Assembly (NCBI GenBank): GCA_030152145.1
Contig: JASLIL010000112.1
Location: forward strand, 1 to 62,711
Source: Tissierellales bacterium
GTDB taxonomy: Bacteria > Bacillota > Clostridia > Tissierellales > JASKZW01
Length of the DNA stretch: 62,711 nt
Direction: 5' to 3'
The translations under genes and the position numbers were made by a program. A model generated the notes under the pieces. That model ran no database searches and was not told the DNA's origin. It saw only the letters and a list, made by a program, of their open reading frames with translations. Shown piece by piece: positions 18,284 through 26,813 of the stretch (positions within the stretch are counted from its first letter, which is position 1; each line of letters starts with the position of its first letter).

Positions 18284-18302
18284 ATGTTAAGGGAGGGATT
18301 TT

Positions 18303-19400
18303 ATGGAAGCTTATTTGGATCCTATTAAGACTGCCTTTATCAGTTTTCCCCTAGCAGCTTTTCTACTTACCATACCTTTTTCCATAGTTCAGTATAGGAA
18401 ACATGGCTATGTAAATAAGTGGAGAAGTTTTATCCTATTTTCTTTTTTGCTTTACGCTATGAATGCCTACTATCTTGTTATTATGCCTCTACCAGAATCC
18501 AGGGACATACTTAGTATGCAAAAACCAGGAACGGTCCATTACAACTTAAGGCCCTTCCAGTTTATAAGGGATATAGCTAGTGAAACCAGGGTTGATCTTA
18601 TGGATCCTTCCACTTATGGTAGATTTCTAAGGGAGAGGGCCTTTTTACAGGCAGCCTTTAATGCCCTCTTGTTGCTGCCACTGGGTTTTTACCTAAACTA
18701 TTACTTTAAGAGAAGTTTTAAAGAGACCCTAGTTATAGGTTTTCTAAGCTCTCTATTTTTTGAGCTAACCCAGCTATCAGGCCTTTATGGCATATATAAT
18801 GCCCCCTATAGGCTTTTCGATATAGATGACTTATTTTTAAATACTTTGGGGGCCCTTATAGGATATGGCCTAAGTCCAATTTTCAAGGTCTTTTTGCCTA
18901 GAACAGAAGATTTAGACAGGAAGGCAGGAGCCAAAAAGTATAGGATTAGCTTCTTTAGAAGATGGCTGGCCTTTTTTATTGATACATCTCTTGTCAGGGC
19001 TTTAATGATGGTTTTTCCCAGACCCTATACAAAGTACTTGGGTCTTAGCCTATTTTTAGTCCTAATACCCAGCCTTACATCTGGCTATTCGATAGGATCT
19101 TTTCTGGCCAATATAAGGATAGTAGGGCAGGAGGATAAACTTAGGCCCAGCAATATTATAGTAAGATTTTTAAGCCTTTATATTGGTCTTTATGGAATTA
19201 ACAATATCCTTTTTAAGGTATTTGATACAGTAAATATGAAATACGCCCTTTATACAGGAGCAGTTTTAATAGTTATGGCTGTTTGGAATCTTCTCATATT
19301 CTCTAATATGATCCTAGCTATAGTAAGGTCTAGACCCTTCTTTTATGAGGAAATAAGTAGGACTAGACTTATAGTGGGAAAAATAAGGGAGGAAGATTAA
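18303..19400 (+). CDS. VanZ-like / RDD-domain fusion membrane protein
   Basis: The N-terminal ~200 aa resemble VanZ (FFELTQL...DIDDLFLNTLGALIGY). The C-terminal ~150 aa have RDD-like topology (FRRWLAFFIDTSLV...). Confidence 0.6.
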   Translation: MEAYLDPIKTAFISFPLAAFLLTIPFSIVQYRKHGYVNKWRSFILFSFLLYAMNAYYLVIMPLPESRDILSMQKPGTVHYNLRPFQFIRDIASETRVDLMDPSTYGRFLRERAFLQAAFNALLLLPLGFYLNYYFKRSFKETLVIGFLSSLFFELTQLSGLYGIYNAPYRLFDIDDLFLNTLGALIGYGLSPIFKVFLPRTEDLDRKAGAKKYRISFFRRWLAFFIDTSLVRALMMVFPRPYTKYLGLSLFLVLIPSLTSGYSIGSFLANIRIVGQEDKLRPSNIIVRFLSLYIGLYGINNILFKVFDTVNMKYALYTGAVLIVMAVWNLLIFSNMILAIVRSRPFFYEEISRTRLIVGKIREED

Positions 19401-19474
19401 AATAAAGAGATTTAAAATATACGGTATAGGGTATAGATGGACTGTAGTTAATTTATTATTATGGAGGTTTTATT

Positions 19475-20020
19475 ATGAAGATAGCTATAATGGTTGGAAG
19501 TATTAGTAAGGGTTCCTTAAATAGAAAAGTAGCAGAAACTTTAAAAGATAGATATAGTGATAGATTTGAAGCAGAAATTTTAGATATAGGCAAACTGCCA
19601 TTTTATGATTATGAGATAGAGGAGAATGCACCAGAGTCAGTAGTGGAAATGAGAAAGCAGATCCTAGCTGCTGATGGTATTATATTTGTTACTCCAGAAT
19701 ACAACGGATCTATACCAGCTCCCCTTAAGAACGCCCTAGACTGGTTTTCTAGAGTAGAGCATGTATTACAGGGCAAGCCTTCCCTAGTTATGGGAGCAAC
19801 TCCTGGTTTTCTAGGAACAGTAAATGCTCAAAGGCATCTAAGGGAAATACTACAATCCCCCTTAATTGGTTGTATAGACCTGCCAGGACACAGTGTCTTA
19901 ATTGGGGATGCCTACAACAAGCTAGGGGATCAGGGACTTTTGGTAGACCAAACAACTCTAGGTTTCATAGATGCAGCTGTAGAGGACTTTATAAAGTGGA
20001 TAGGAAAAATAAATGACTAG
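19475..20020 (+). CDS. NADPH-dependent FMN reductase family protein
   Basis: MKIAIMVGSISKGSLNR and TPEYNGSIPAPLKNALDW motifs. Confidence 0.85.
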   Translation: MKIAIMVGSISKGSLNRKVAETLKDRYSDRFEAEILDIGKLPFYDYEIEENAPESVVEMRKQILAADGIIFVTPEYNGSIPAPLKNALDWFSRVEHVLQGKPSLVMGATPGFLGTVNAQRHLREILQSPLIGCIDLPGHSVLIGDAYNKLGDQGLLVDQTTLGFIDAAVEDFIKWIGKIND

Positions 20021-20024
20021 AGAC

Positions 20025-20051
20025 TAGGGTAGGCAACTACCCTATTTTTTT
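20025..20051 (+). terminator. Rho-independent terminator
   Basis: TAGGGTAG-GCAA-CTACCCTA followed by T7. Confidence 0.8.
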
Positions 20052-20054
20052 GCC

Positions 20055-20087
20055 TAAAAAAGCATCCAAAACCTAGGTTTTGGATGC
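20055..20087 (-). terminator. Rho-independent terminator of the minus-strand transporter gene
   Basis: 12-bp palindrome GCATCCAAAACC/GGTTTTGGATGC followed on the minus strand by T6. Confidence 0.8.
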
Positions 20088-20092
20088 CTTAA

Positions 20093-21340
20093 CTACATAA
20101 AGAAATTTATTTCAATAAAGTAGGCTAAAATACCTACCAGCAAGGCTGGAATAGTATTTAAAATAGTAGCCCATAAGGCTGACTTCTTGTGAATAGCTAT
20201 AAGAGGGAAAAGAGCATCTCCATCTTGAGAAATAGCATTGGCAAGTAGGGCAGCAAATGGAACCATTCCTCTAGTATAGAGGGTTACAAATATAATCTGT
20301 GGTCCACAACCAGGTATAATACCTACCAGGGCCCCTATTATAACTGCCTTTAGTCCCTGACTAGTAAGAAAGGCTGTTACCAAGGCTTCACCAGCCCCAT
20401 AGTCTCCCTTACCTAGGCCTAGAATAAAGAATTCATAAACTAGGTAGGCTGCCAATACCCAGGTAGCTACAAAGGCTGTTTCTTGAGCATTGTGTATTAT
20501 AGTTTCCTTCAAGCTCATTAACTTAAGCTCTGACTCTTCGTGGGTGTCATCTCCTAGGAACTTCTTACTCATAATCATCATAAAGACTGAGAAGAAGGCA
20601 CCAGTAACCCCTATAATCTTACCTAGGTTTGGTATGAAAAGATCATTTATATCTACCTGGAAAAGCTCTAGGATTCCTAGAACCAAACCTAGGGCTATAA
20701 CCAACCAATAGGCCTTATAGGCTGTATGGGTAAATTTGTAGCCAAAGGTATCCAAGTCTTGATGACCCTTTATTTCATGGTGAAGAATCTGATCTATTTC
20801 ATCCCCTTCCTCATGGCCTAGGTGATGGTAGTCTCCACCGCCAGACTCTAACTTTTGCATAGTATGGTCCTTGTCTACATGAACCAATTCATCTAGTGTT
20901 TTCTTAGGCCTGTCCTTGTGCATATCCTTTAAAAGCCTGTTTCCAATATCGGTCATATCCACTATATATCCTGTAATAATAGCAACTATAAAGGAAAAGA
21001 ATGATACCAAAAGGTATTGTTTAGGCATAACTGAAAGTATAACAAAAGCTGAGTCTCCCATAGTAGCAATTAAAGTTGCAATTATGGTACCAAAGCTAAC
21101 TGTACCCTTAGCAAATAGGGGAACAACAAAAATTGCACCACCACAGCCAGGTGTAAGTCCTAAAAATGCACCTATGATAGGCTGGAATTTCTTGGAAGCT
21201 TCAATTTGCTTAACCAAGCCGCCTTCTTTTTTATAATTTATATAGCCAAATAAGAGAAGAACTGCACCAACAAAAACTGTAACCTGTATAAATGAGTCTT
21301 CTGCGCTTTTTAATATTAAATCAAATATTGTCTTAGCCAT
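20093..21340 (-). CDS. two-repeat integral membrane permease with a His-rich loop, putative metal-ion transporter
   Basis: Duplicated motif GLTPGCGGAIFVVPLF...MGDSAF / GIIPGCGPQIIFVTLY...DGDALF. Central loop HKDRP...VHVDKDH...DYHHLGHEEGD...LHHEIKGHQD. Confidence 0.45.
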   Translation of the reverse strand: MAKTIFDLILKSAEDSFIQVTVFVGAVLLLFGYINYKKEGGLVKQIEASKKFQPIIGAFLGLTPGCGGAIFVVPLFAKGTVSFGTIIATLIATMGDSAFVILSVMPKQYLLVSFFSFIVAIITGYIVDMTDIGNRLLKDMHKDRPKKTLDELVHVDKDHTMQKLESGGGDYHHLGHEEGDEIDQILHHEIKGHQDLDTFGYKFTHTAYKAYWLVIALGLVLGILELFQVDINDLFIPNLGKIIGVTGAFFSVFMMIMSKKFLGDDTHEESELKLMSLKETIIHNAQETAFVATWVLAAYLVYEFFILGLGKGDYGAGEALVTAFLTSQGLKAVIIGALVGIIPGCGPQIIFVTLYTRGMVPFAALLANAISQDGDALFPLIAIHKKSALWATILNTIPALLVGILAYFIEINFFM

Positions 21341-21424
21341 AATCCACCTCCTAAAGTTGATAATATAAGTATACCCTTTTCACCTTGAAAATAAAGGGAA
21401 AAGGGCATTTTTAGTTTTATTACT

Positions 21425-22555
21425 TTATTCTTCCAAATAATCTCTTAGCTTTTTACTTCTACTTGGATGTCTAAGCTTTCTTAAAGCCTTGGCTTCAATC
21501 TGCCTTATCCTTTCACGAGTAACATCAAAAACTTGTCCTACCTCTTCAAGGGTTCTGATCTTACCATCATCAAGTCCAAATCTAAGTCTTAAGACCTTTT
21601 GCTCCCTAGGTGTTAGGGATTCCAGTACTTCAAATAGCTGCTCCTTAAGCATTACATGAGTAGTGGCATCTACTGGAGTCTCAATTTGATCATCCTCTAT
21701 AAAGTCTCCTAACTGACTGTCTTCTTCTTCTCCAATAGGAGTTTCAAGAGAGATTGGTTTTTGGGCAATCTTCATCATGTCACTAACCTTTTCTACATCC
21801 ATATTCATAACCTCAGCAATTTCTTCAGGAGTTGGTTCTCTACCTAGTTCTTGAAGTAATTGTCTTTGAACCCTAACAAGCTTATTTATATTCTCTATCA
21901 TATGGACCGGTATTCTTATAGTTCTACCTTGGTCTGCAATGGCACGAGTAATAGATTGTCTAATCCACCAAGTGGCATAGGTGCTGAACTTAAATCCCTT
22001 TGTATAGTCAAACTTTTCAACAGCCTTAATAAGCCCTAAATTACCCTCTTGAATCAAGTCCAAGAAGGACATGCCTCTACCTATATATTTTTTTGCAATA
22101 CTAACAACTAGTCTTAAATTGGCTTCTGCCAGCTCCTGTTTAGCCAACTCATCACCTTGTTCAACTCTTTTTGCCAATTCAACTTCCTTTTCACGAGTTA
22201 AAAGCTCCACCTTACCAATTTCCTTTAAATACATTTTAACAGGATCTCCTACATCAAGCTTTATATTAACAGCAAGGTTCTCTTCTTCTATATCCTCATC
22301 ATCTAGGTCATCATCTAACTCCTCTTCCAAGCTATTATCTAAGTCATCATCTAGCTCTTCATCGTCTAAGATGTTAACACCTAGTTCCTCTAAATTCTTA
22401 TAAAGTTCATTAATGTCATTTCCATCCATATCAATTTCTTCAAGATGTTCTAGGACATCGTCATTACTTAGCTTTTTGCTTTTCACAGCCACACTAATTT
22501 TATTAGCAATTTCTGCGATTTCACTTTTCGTATATTTCTTATTTTTGGAATCTAT
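21425..22555 (-). CDS. rpoD: primary RNA polymerase sigma factor (SigA/RpoD)
   Basis: Acidic region 1, region 2 [14 protein letters not shown], region 4.2 [29 protein letters not shown]. 5' end set at ATA 22555 (see the finding). The conservative ORF-track start is GTG 22492. Confidence 0.9.
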   Translation of the reverse strand: MDSKNKKYTKSEIAEIANKISVAVKSKKLSNDDVLEHLEEIDMDGNDINELYKNLEELGVNILDDEELDDDLDNSLEEELDDDLDDEDIEEENLAVNIKLDVGDPVKMYLKEIGKVELLTREKEVELAKRVEQGDELAKQELAEANLRLVVSIAKKYIGRGMSFLDLIQEGNLGLIKAVEKFDYTKGFKFSTYATWWIRQSITRAIADQGRTIRIPVHMIENINKLVRVQRQLLQELGREPTPEEIAEVMNMDVEKVSDMMKIAQKPISLETPIGEEEDSQLGDFIEDDQIETPVDATTHVMLKEQLFEVLESLTPREQKVLRLRFGLDDGKIRTLEEVGQVFDVTRERIRQIEAKALRKLRHPSRSKKLRDYLEE

Positions 22556-22693
22556 TTAAATCACTCCTCTCTAAAACCGAAGTTAGTATTTTAATATATA
22601 GTATAATTAAGCTTAATAATGTTATTTGACAAAATAATCTACTATAATAGATTATAGTCAAATACATAAAATATGCAAATAAAAGGTGATGAA

Positions 22694-23386
22694 ATGAATA
22701 TAAATATAAAAATTTTGGTAGTTGAAGATGATACATCTATAAATAACCTTCTAACAGAAGTCTTGTCCAAGGAAAATTATAGCTGTTCCCAAGCTTTTTC
22801 AGGTAGTGAAGCAAAGCTTTTGTTAGAACGAGAAGATTTCCATCTGTTGCTCTTGGATTTAATGTTACCTGGATTAACAGGTGAAGAATTAGTTGTTGAG
22901 GTCAGAAAAAACCACACTCTTCCTATAGTTATTATATCAGCAAAACTAGATTTAGACACTAAGGTAAACCTCCTAGAATTAGGTGCTGATGATTTTATTG
23001 AAAAACCCTTTGATATAGAGGAAGTAGTGGCCCGTTCTCAGGCTCAGATTAGAAGGTATGTAAAATTTTCACACAACGAAAGTTCCAATGTTTTAACTAC
23101 TAAGAATTTAACTTTAAATCAAGATGATATGATTGTCAAGGTTAATGGGGAAAAAATAAAATTAACCCACAAGGAATATGAAATTCTCCTACTACTATTA
23201 AAGTACCCCAAAAAGGTCTTCACTAAAAAAAATCTTTACGAAACTATTTGGGGAGAGGATTTTTTTGTAGATGAAAACACCCTAAATGTCCACATAAGCA
23301 ACATAAGAAATAAGATTCAAGAATTTGATGGAGAAAATGATTATATAGAAACTGTCTGGGGTGTAGGCTTTAAAATGAAAGCTTAA
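22694..23386 (+). CDS. OmpR-family response regulator
   Basis: ATG 22694 after AAAGGTGA. Receiver domain (VVEDD, LLLDLMLPG, K in ISAK) and winged-helix C-terminus (ETVWGVGFKM). Confidence 0.9.
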   Translation: MNINIKILVVEDDTSINNLLTEVLSKENYSCSQAFSGSEAKLLLEREDFHLLLLDLMLPGLTGEELVVEVRKNHTLPIVIISAKLDLDTKVNLLELGADDFIEKPFDIEEVVARSQAQIRRYVKFSHNESSNVLTTKNLTLNQDDMIVKVNGEKIKLTHKEYEILLLLLKYPKKVFTKKNLYETIWGEDFFVDENTLNVHISNIRNKIQEFDGENDYIETVWGVGFKMKA

Positions 23387-23387
23387 G

Positions 23388-23424
23388 CCTTTCTTAAGAT
23401 TTACTTTAGGCTTTCTTTTAGATT
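23388..23424 (+). promoter_or_regulatory. imperfect direct repeat, candidate response-regulator binding site
   Basis: CTTTCTTAAGATT (from 23389) and CTTTCTTTTAGATT (from 23411). Starts are 22 nt apart. TATACT (23431-23436) lies downstream. Confidence 0.4.
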
Positions 23425-23457
23425 AAGTTCTATACTTGTAAACAAGGAGGTAGAAAA

Positions 23458-24375
23458 ATGGAAGATATGATAATAAAAACAAGAAGCCTTACTAAGGTTT
23501 ATAAGACAGAGAAGGCCGTAAATAAGGTTAATTTAAATATAGCCAAGGGAGACATCTATGGTTTAGTAGGAGAAAATGGTTCTGGTAAGTCAACTATACT
23601 AAAGATGATACTGGGCATAGCCAACCCTAGTGATGGGGAGGTAATGATCTTTGGGAAAACAGGTGATGACCTTTTAAAGTCTAGGAGGAAGATAGGTTCT
23701 ATAGTAGAATCACCTAGCTTCTATCCCTACCTATCAGCCAAGGACAATCTAGAGTACTATAGGATACAAAGGGGAATAGTGGAAAACAATATAGAAGAAA
23801 TCTTAAAAACAGTAGGGCTTGAGGATACAGGCAAGAAAAAATTTAAGTCCTTTTCCCTAGGTATGAAGCAAAGATTGGGTCTGGGTCTGGCCCTTATGAT
23901 AGATCCAGAAATCCTAATACTGGATGAACCTATAAATGGACTGGATCCAACAGGTATAGTAGAGCTTAGAAAACTTCTTCTAAGGCTTAACAGGGAAAGG
24001 GGAACCACCATACTTATATCCAGTCACATACTGGGAGAGCTTTCTCAGATTGGTAGCAGATATGGTTTTATAAACAAGGGAGTTCTTCTAAAGGAAATTA
24101 GCAGTAAGGAGTTAGAGGAAGAATGTAAGGAGTATTTGGATATAAAGGTAGAAAATGTAGAAAAGGCCTCTGTTTTACTGGAAAGACAGTTGAAAACCTT
24201 AAATTACAAGGTAACAGAAGAGGGACATATATACCTTTATGATTTTATAGATAGGCCAGAAATCGTAGTGGAAGAGTTTAGTAGGGAAGGTCTATATATA
24301 AAATCCATAGAAACCAAGGGAGTAGATCTGGAAAACTACTATCTGGACTTGATAGGAGGTCATAGAAATGATTAA
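23458..24375 (+). CDS. ABC transporter ATP-binding protein, LanF/BcrA-like
   Basis: Walker A GENGSGKST, signature FSLGMKQRL, Walker B ILILDEP, H-loop SSHIL. Glu occupies the Q-loop position (IGSIVESPSFYPYLSAKDNL). Confidence 0.8.
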   Translation: MEDMIIKTRSLTKVYKTEKAVNKVNLNIAKGDIYGLVGENGSGKSTILKMILGIANPSDGEVMIFGKTGDDLLKSRRKIGSIVESPSFYPYLSAKDNLEYYRIQRGIVENNIEEILKTVGLEDTGKKKFKSFSLGMKQRLGLGLALMIDPEILILDEPINGLDPTGIVELRKLLLRLNRERGTTILISSHILGELSQIGSRYGFINKGVLLKEISSKELEEECKEYLDIKVENVEKASVLLERQLKTLNYKVTEEGHIYLYDFIDRPEIVVEEFSREGLYIKSIETKGVDLENYYLDLIGGHRND

Positions 24376-25120
24376 TTATATAAAATCAGAGCTTTTTAGG
24401 GGATTTAAGACCAGCTATTTTAGAAATATAATAATTGCAATTTCAGGCCTGGCCCTATTGGGAATCCTAAGTTTTAATATGCCAGATCTTCCACCTGCCT
24501 TTCAGGAAGTTTTTGAGGCTGGTCAGAGACTTTTAACCCTTCCTATATTCCTTATACCTATGTTTATAGATATAGTGACCATAGATGATTTTAAGAACAA
24601 TACCATAAAAAATCAGGTGGCCCAGGGAAATAGCAGGAAGAAGATAATTGTAGGTAAGCTAGTAAGTACTTTTCTTCTAGCCCTTATAGCAGCAGTAATA
24701 ATCCTTACGGTTTTCTTTGCAGCAGGTAAGATTATTACCAGTGGCTGGGGAGAGGATTTTAATCATGTGTTCATGGAGTTTACAAAGGCCTTTGCAGGCA
24801 GCCTTAGTCTTTGGGTGGGAGCCCTATCTTTAGGAACTCTTATAGCTTTTATTACTAAGAGCGGCAATCAGTTTTCAACTCTTTATGTAGTTCTTATAGT
24901 CCTAGCTCCAAAACTTGTAAATCTAATAAGCAATCTTTTAAAGGCACCGGCTATTGGAAACTTAATTATGAAGGTGGATCTTTATGAGAACTTAAAAAGC
25001 TATATAGCCCTTGACTATATTAGTGGTATGGATCTTCTTAATATGGTATTTCTAGGCCTATTCTATACGCTAATCTATGGAATTATCAGTATAAAATACT
25101 TTGAAAGCATAGACTTATAG
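24368..25120 (+). CDS. ABC-2 permease (LanE/BcrB-like)
   Basis: 6-TM hydrophobic protein. 8-nt overlap with the ATPase gene. Confidence 0.7.
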   Translation: MINYIKSELFRGFKTSYFRNIIIAISGLALLGILSFNMPDLPPAFQEVFEAGQRLLTLPIFLIPMFIDIVTIDDFKNNTIKNQVAQGNSRKKIIVGKLVSTFLLALIAAVIILTVFFAAGKIITSGWGEDFNHVFMEFTKAFAGSLSLWVGALSLGTLIAFITKSGNQFSTLYVVLIVLAPKLVNLISNLLKAPAIGNLIMKVDLYENLKSYIALDYISGMDLLNMVFLGLFYTLIYGIISIKYFESIDL

Positions 25121-25128
25121 GTGGACTT

Positions 25129-25857
25129 ATGAAGAATTTAATTATGTCAGATATTTTTAGAATTAGAAAAAATGCTAGTTTTAGGTCTATGATCCTTGTG
25201 GTTGTGGGCCTTTTAGGCTTTGGAATCTTAATAATGGATAGGGCCTTAGAAAGTAAATCCATACTAGACTACTATAAGTTTTTCATATCCAGTATGGCTA
25301 TTTGGCTTTTGGCCCTTCCCCTAAATCTTGTAGATATGATTGTTTTGGAGGACTTTAGGGAGGGGACTATAAAGAATAAGCTATCCTTCTTTAAAAGAAG
25401 TCAAATCTATAGGGGAGGCTTTATTCTTTCCAATATCTTAAATATTTTCTTCCTGGTTTTCTCCCTAGTTACCATGCTGATTTTTGGCCTCTGGTATGGC
25501 CATGATCTAGAGGGGCTGAGGGAGCTGGCCTTGATTATAGCTGCAAGTTTTCCTATATGGATATTTGCAGTAAGTCTTGTTACTAGCATATATATAAGAT
25601 TTATGAATCCCATAAAGGGATCTCTATTCTATGGAGGATTGCTCTTGTTTTTGCCAACTATCTTAATTGTAGTATCCAATGTTTTGGATAAGGACTGGCT
25701 TATGAAACTAGTTAATTTATTTCCCTTTCAGAGGGTAAATATTATAACAGCAGGCTTTAAGCCTAATTATATACTGGAAAATACAGTTCTATATCTGGGC
25801 TTAAGCCTGGTTTTGGGACTTTTAAATGTGAGATATTGTAAGTTTTTTGAAGATTAG
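25129..25857 (+). CDS. ABC-2 permease (LanG-like, second permease)
   Basis: Same size and topology as the preceding permease. Similar N-terminus (SDIFRIRKNASFR vs SELFRGFKTSYFR). Confidence 0.7.
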   Translation: MKNLIMSDIFRIRKNASFRSMILVVVGLLGFGILIMDRALESKSILDYYKFFISSMAIWLLALPLNLVDMIVLEDFREGTIKNKLSFFKRSQIYRGGFILSNILNIFFLVFSLVTMLIFGLWYGHDLEGLRELALIIAASFPIWIFAVSLVTSIYIRFMNPIKGSLFYGGLLLFLPTILIVVSNVLDKDWLMKLVNLFPFQRVNIITAGFKPNYILENTVLYLGLSLVLGLLNVRYCKFFED

Positions 25858-25872
25858 AAAGGTTGTGGGGAC

Positions 25873-26775
25873 TTGAAGTTATTGGGCTTAGGGTTAATAG
25901 TTGTGCTGGCCATATCCATCTTCCGTAACTACTATATAAGGAAGGATATAAGAAGTATTGAGGCCCAGCTTAGGGATATAAGAGAGACCTATAATATGGG
26001 GAAGCTAACTAGCTTAAACAGCTCAGAAGATCTAAATGGTCTGGTTAGGGAGGTAAATGTATTTTTAAGGGATCTGGAAGCCTATAAGGTGGCCAGCATT
26101 AAAAGAGACCAGGAGGTTAAGGATATAATAGCCAGTATATCCCATGACCTAAAAACCCCCCTAACCTCTATAAAGGGCTATACCGACCTGCTTTTAAAGG
26201 ATAGGCCTGAGGGAAGGGATAGGGAGTATCTGGAAATAATAAAGGAGAGGTCGGAAAGCTTAAACTCCCTAATATATAGCTTTTATGAGCTATCAAAGCT
26301 GGAATTAAAAGAATATGACTATAAGCTTGACTATGTAAATCTAAATGACCTTTTGGTCCAGTCCCTGGTAGGTTTCTATGATGGCTTTATAGAAAGAGGA
26401 ATTAGGCCAGAAATAGATATAGACAGTCAAGAAATCATGGTTTTAGGAGATCCTAGGGCTATAGAAAGGGTTTTTATAAATCTTGTAGATAATGGCTTGA
26501 AATACAGCTTGGAAGATTTTAAGGTAAGTTTAAGGCTGGAAGATGGAAAAATAGTAAATACTTTTTCCAATAGGGTAGACAGCCTAAGTGAAGATGAAGG
26601 GAAGAAACTTTTCAATAAGTTCTATACACTGGAAACTTCTAGGCAAAGTGAGTCTACAGGCCTGGGACTTTATATAACGGAAAAAATTCTAGGTGATTTG
26701 GGCTATGGCATAGACATAAAAGTAGGGGATAATACTATTGAGTTTAGTATTGACTGGAATAAGATAAGGACATAG
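25873..26775 (+). CDS. sensor histidine kinase with a single N-terminal TM segment and no sensing domain
   Basis: H-box SHDLKTPLTSIKGY, N-box VDNGLKYS, G-box STGLGLYI. Only ~20 hydrophobic residues at the N-terminus. Confidence 0.85.
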   Translation: MKLLGLGLIVVLAISIFRNYYIRKDIRSIEAQLRDIRETYNMGKLTSLNSSEDLNGLVREVNVFLRDLEAYKVASIKRDQEVKDIIASISHDLKTPLTSIKGYTDLLLKDRPEGRDREYLEIIKERSESLNSLIYSFYELSKLELKEYDYKLDYVNLNDLLVQSLVGFYDGFIERGIRPEIDIDSQEIMVLGDPRAIERVFINLVDNGLKYSLEDFKVSLRLEDGKIVNTFSNRVDSLSEDEGKKLFNKFYTLETSRQSESTGLGLYITEKILGDLGYGIDIKVGDNTIEFSIDWNKIRT

Positions 26776-26813
26776 TTTAGGCTGCTTCATAGGTGAAGCA
26801 GCCTAAAGTTTTT
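26776..26813 (+). terminator. Rho-independent terminator
   Basis: 14-bp stem TTTAGGCTGCTTCA / TGAAGCAGCCTAAA, then GTTTTT. Confidence 0.85.

Noticed and set aside
22626-22648. Perfect TTGACA and TATAAT hexamers upstream of the response-regulator gene.
   Set aside because: The spacer is only 11 nt. The alternative TATAGT at 22653-22658 gives 21 nt. Neither is compatible with a functional sigma-A promoter, so I did not annotate one.
22539-22736. 65-aa minus-strand ORF across the rpoD / response-regulator intergenic region.
   Set aside because: Its translation is rich in Y/L/I/F and low in complexity. It covers promoter DNA and the response-regulator start, and it has no SD.
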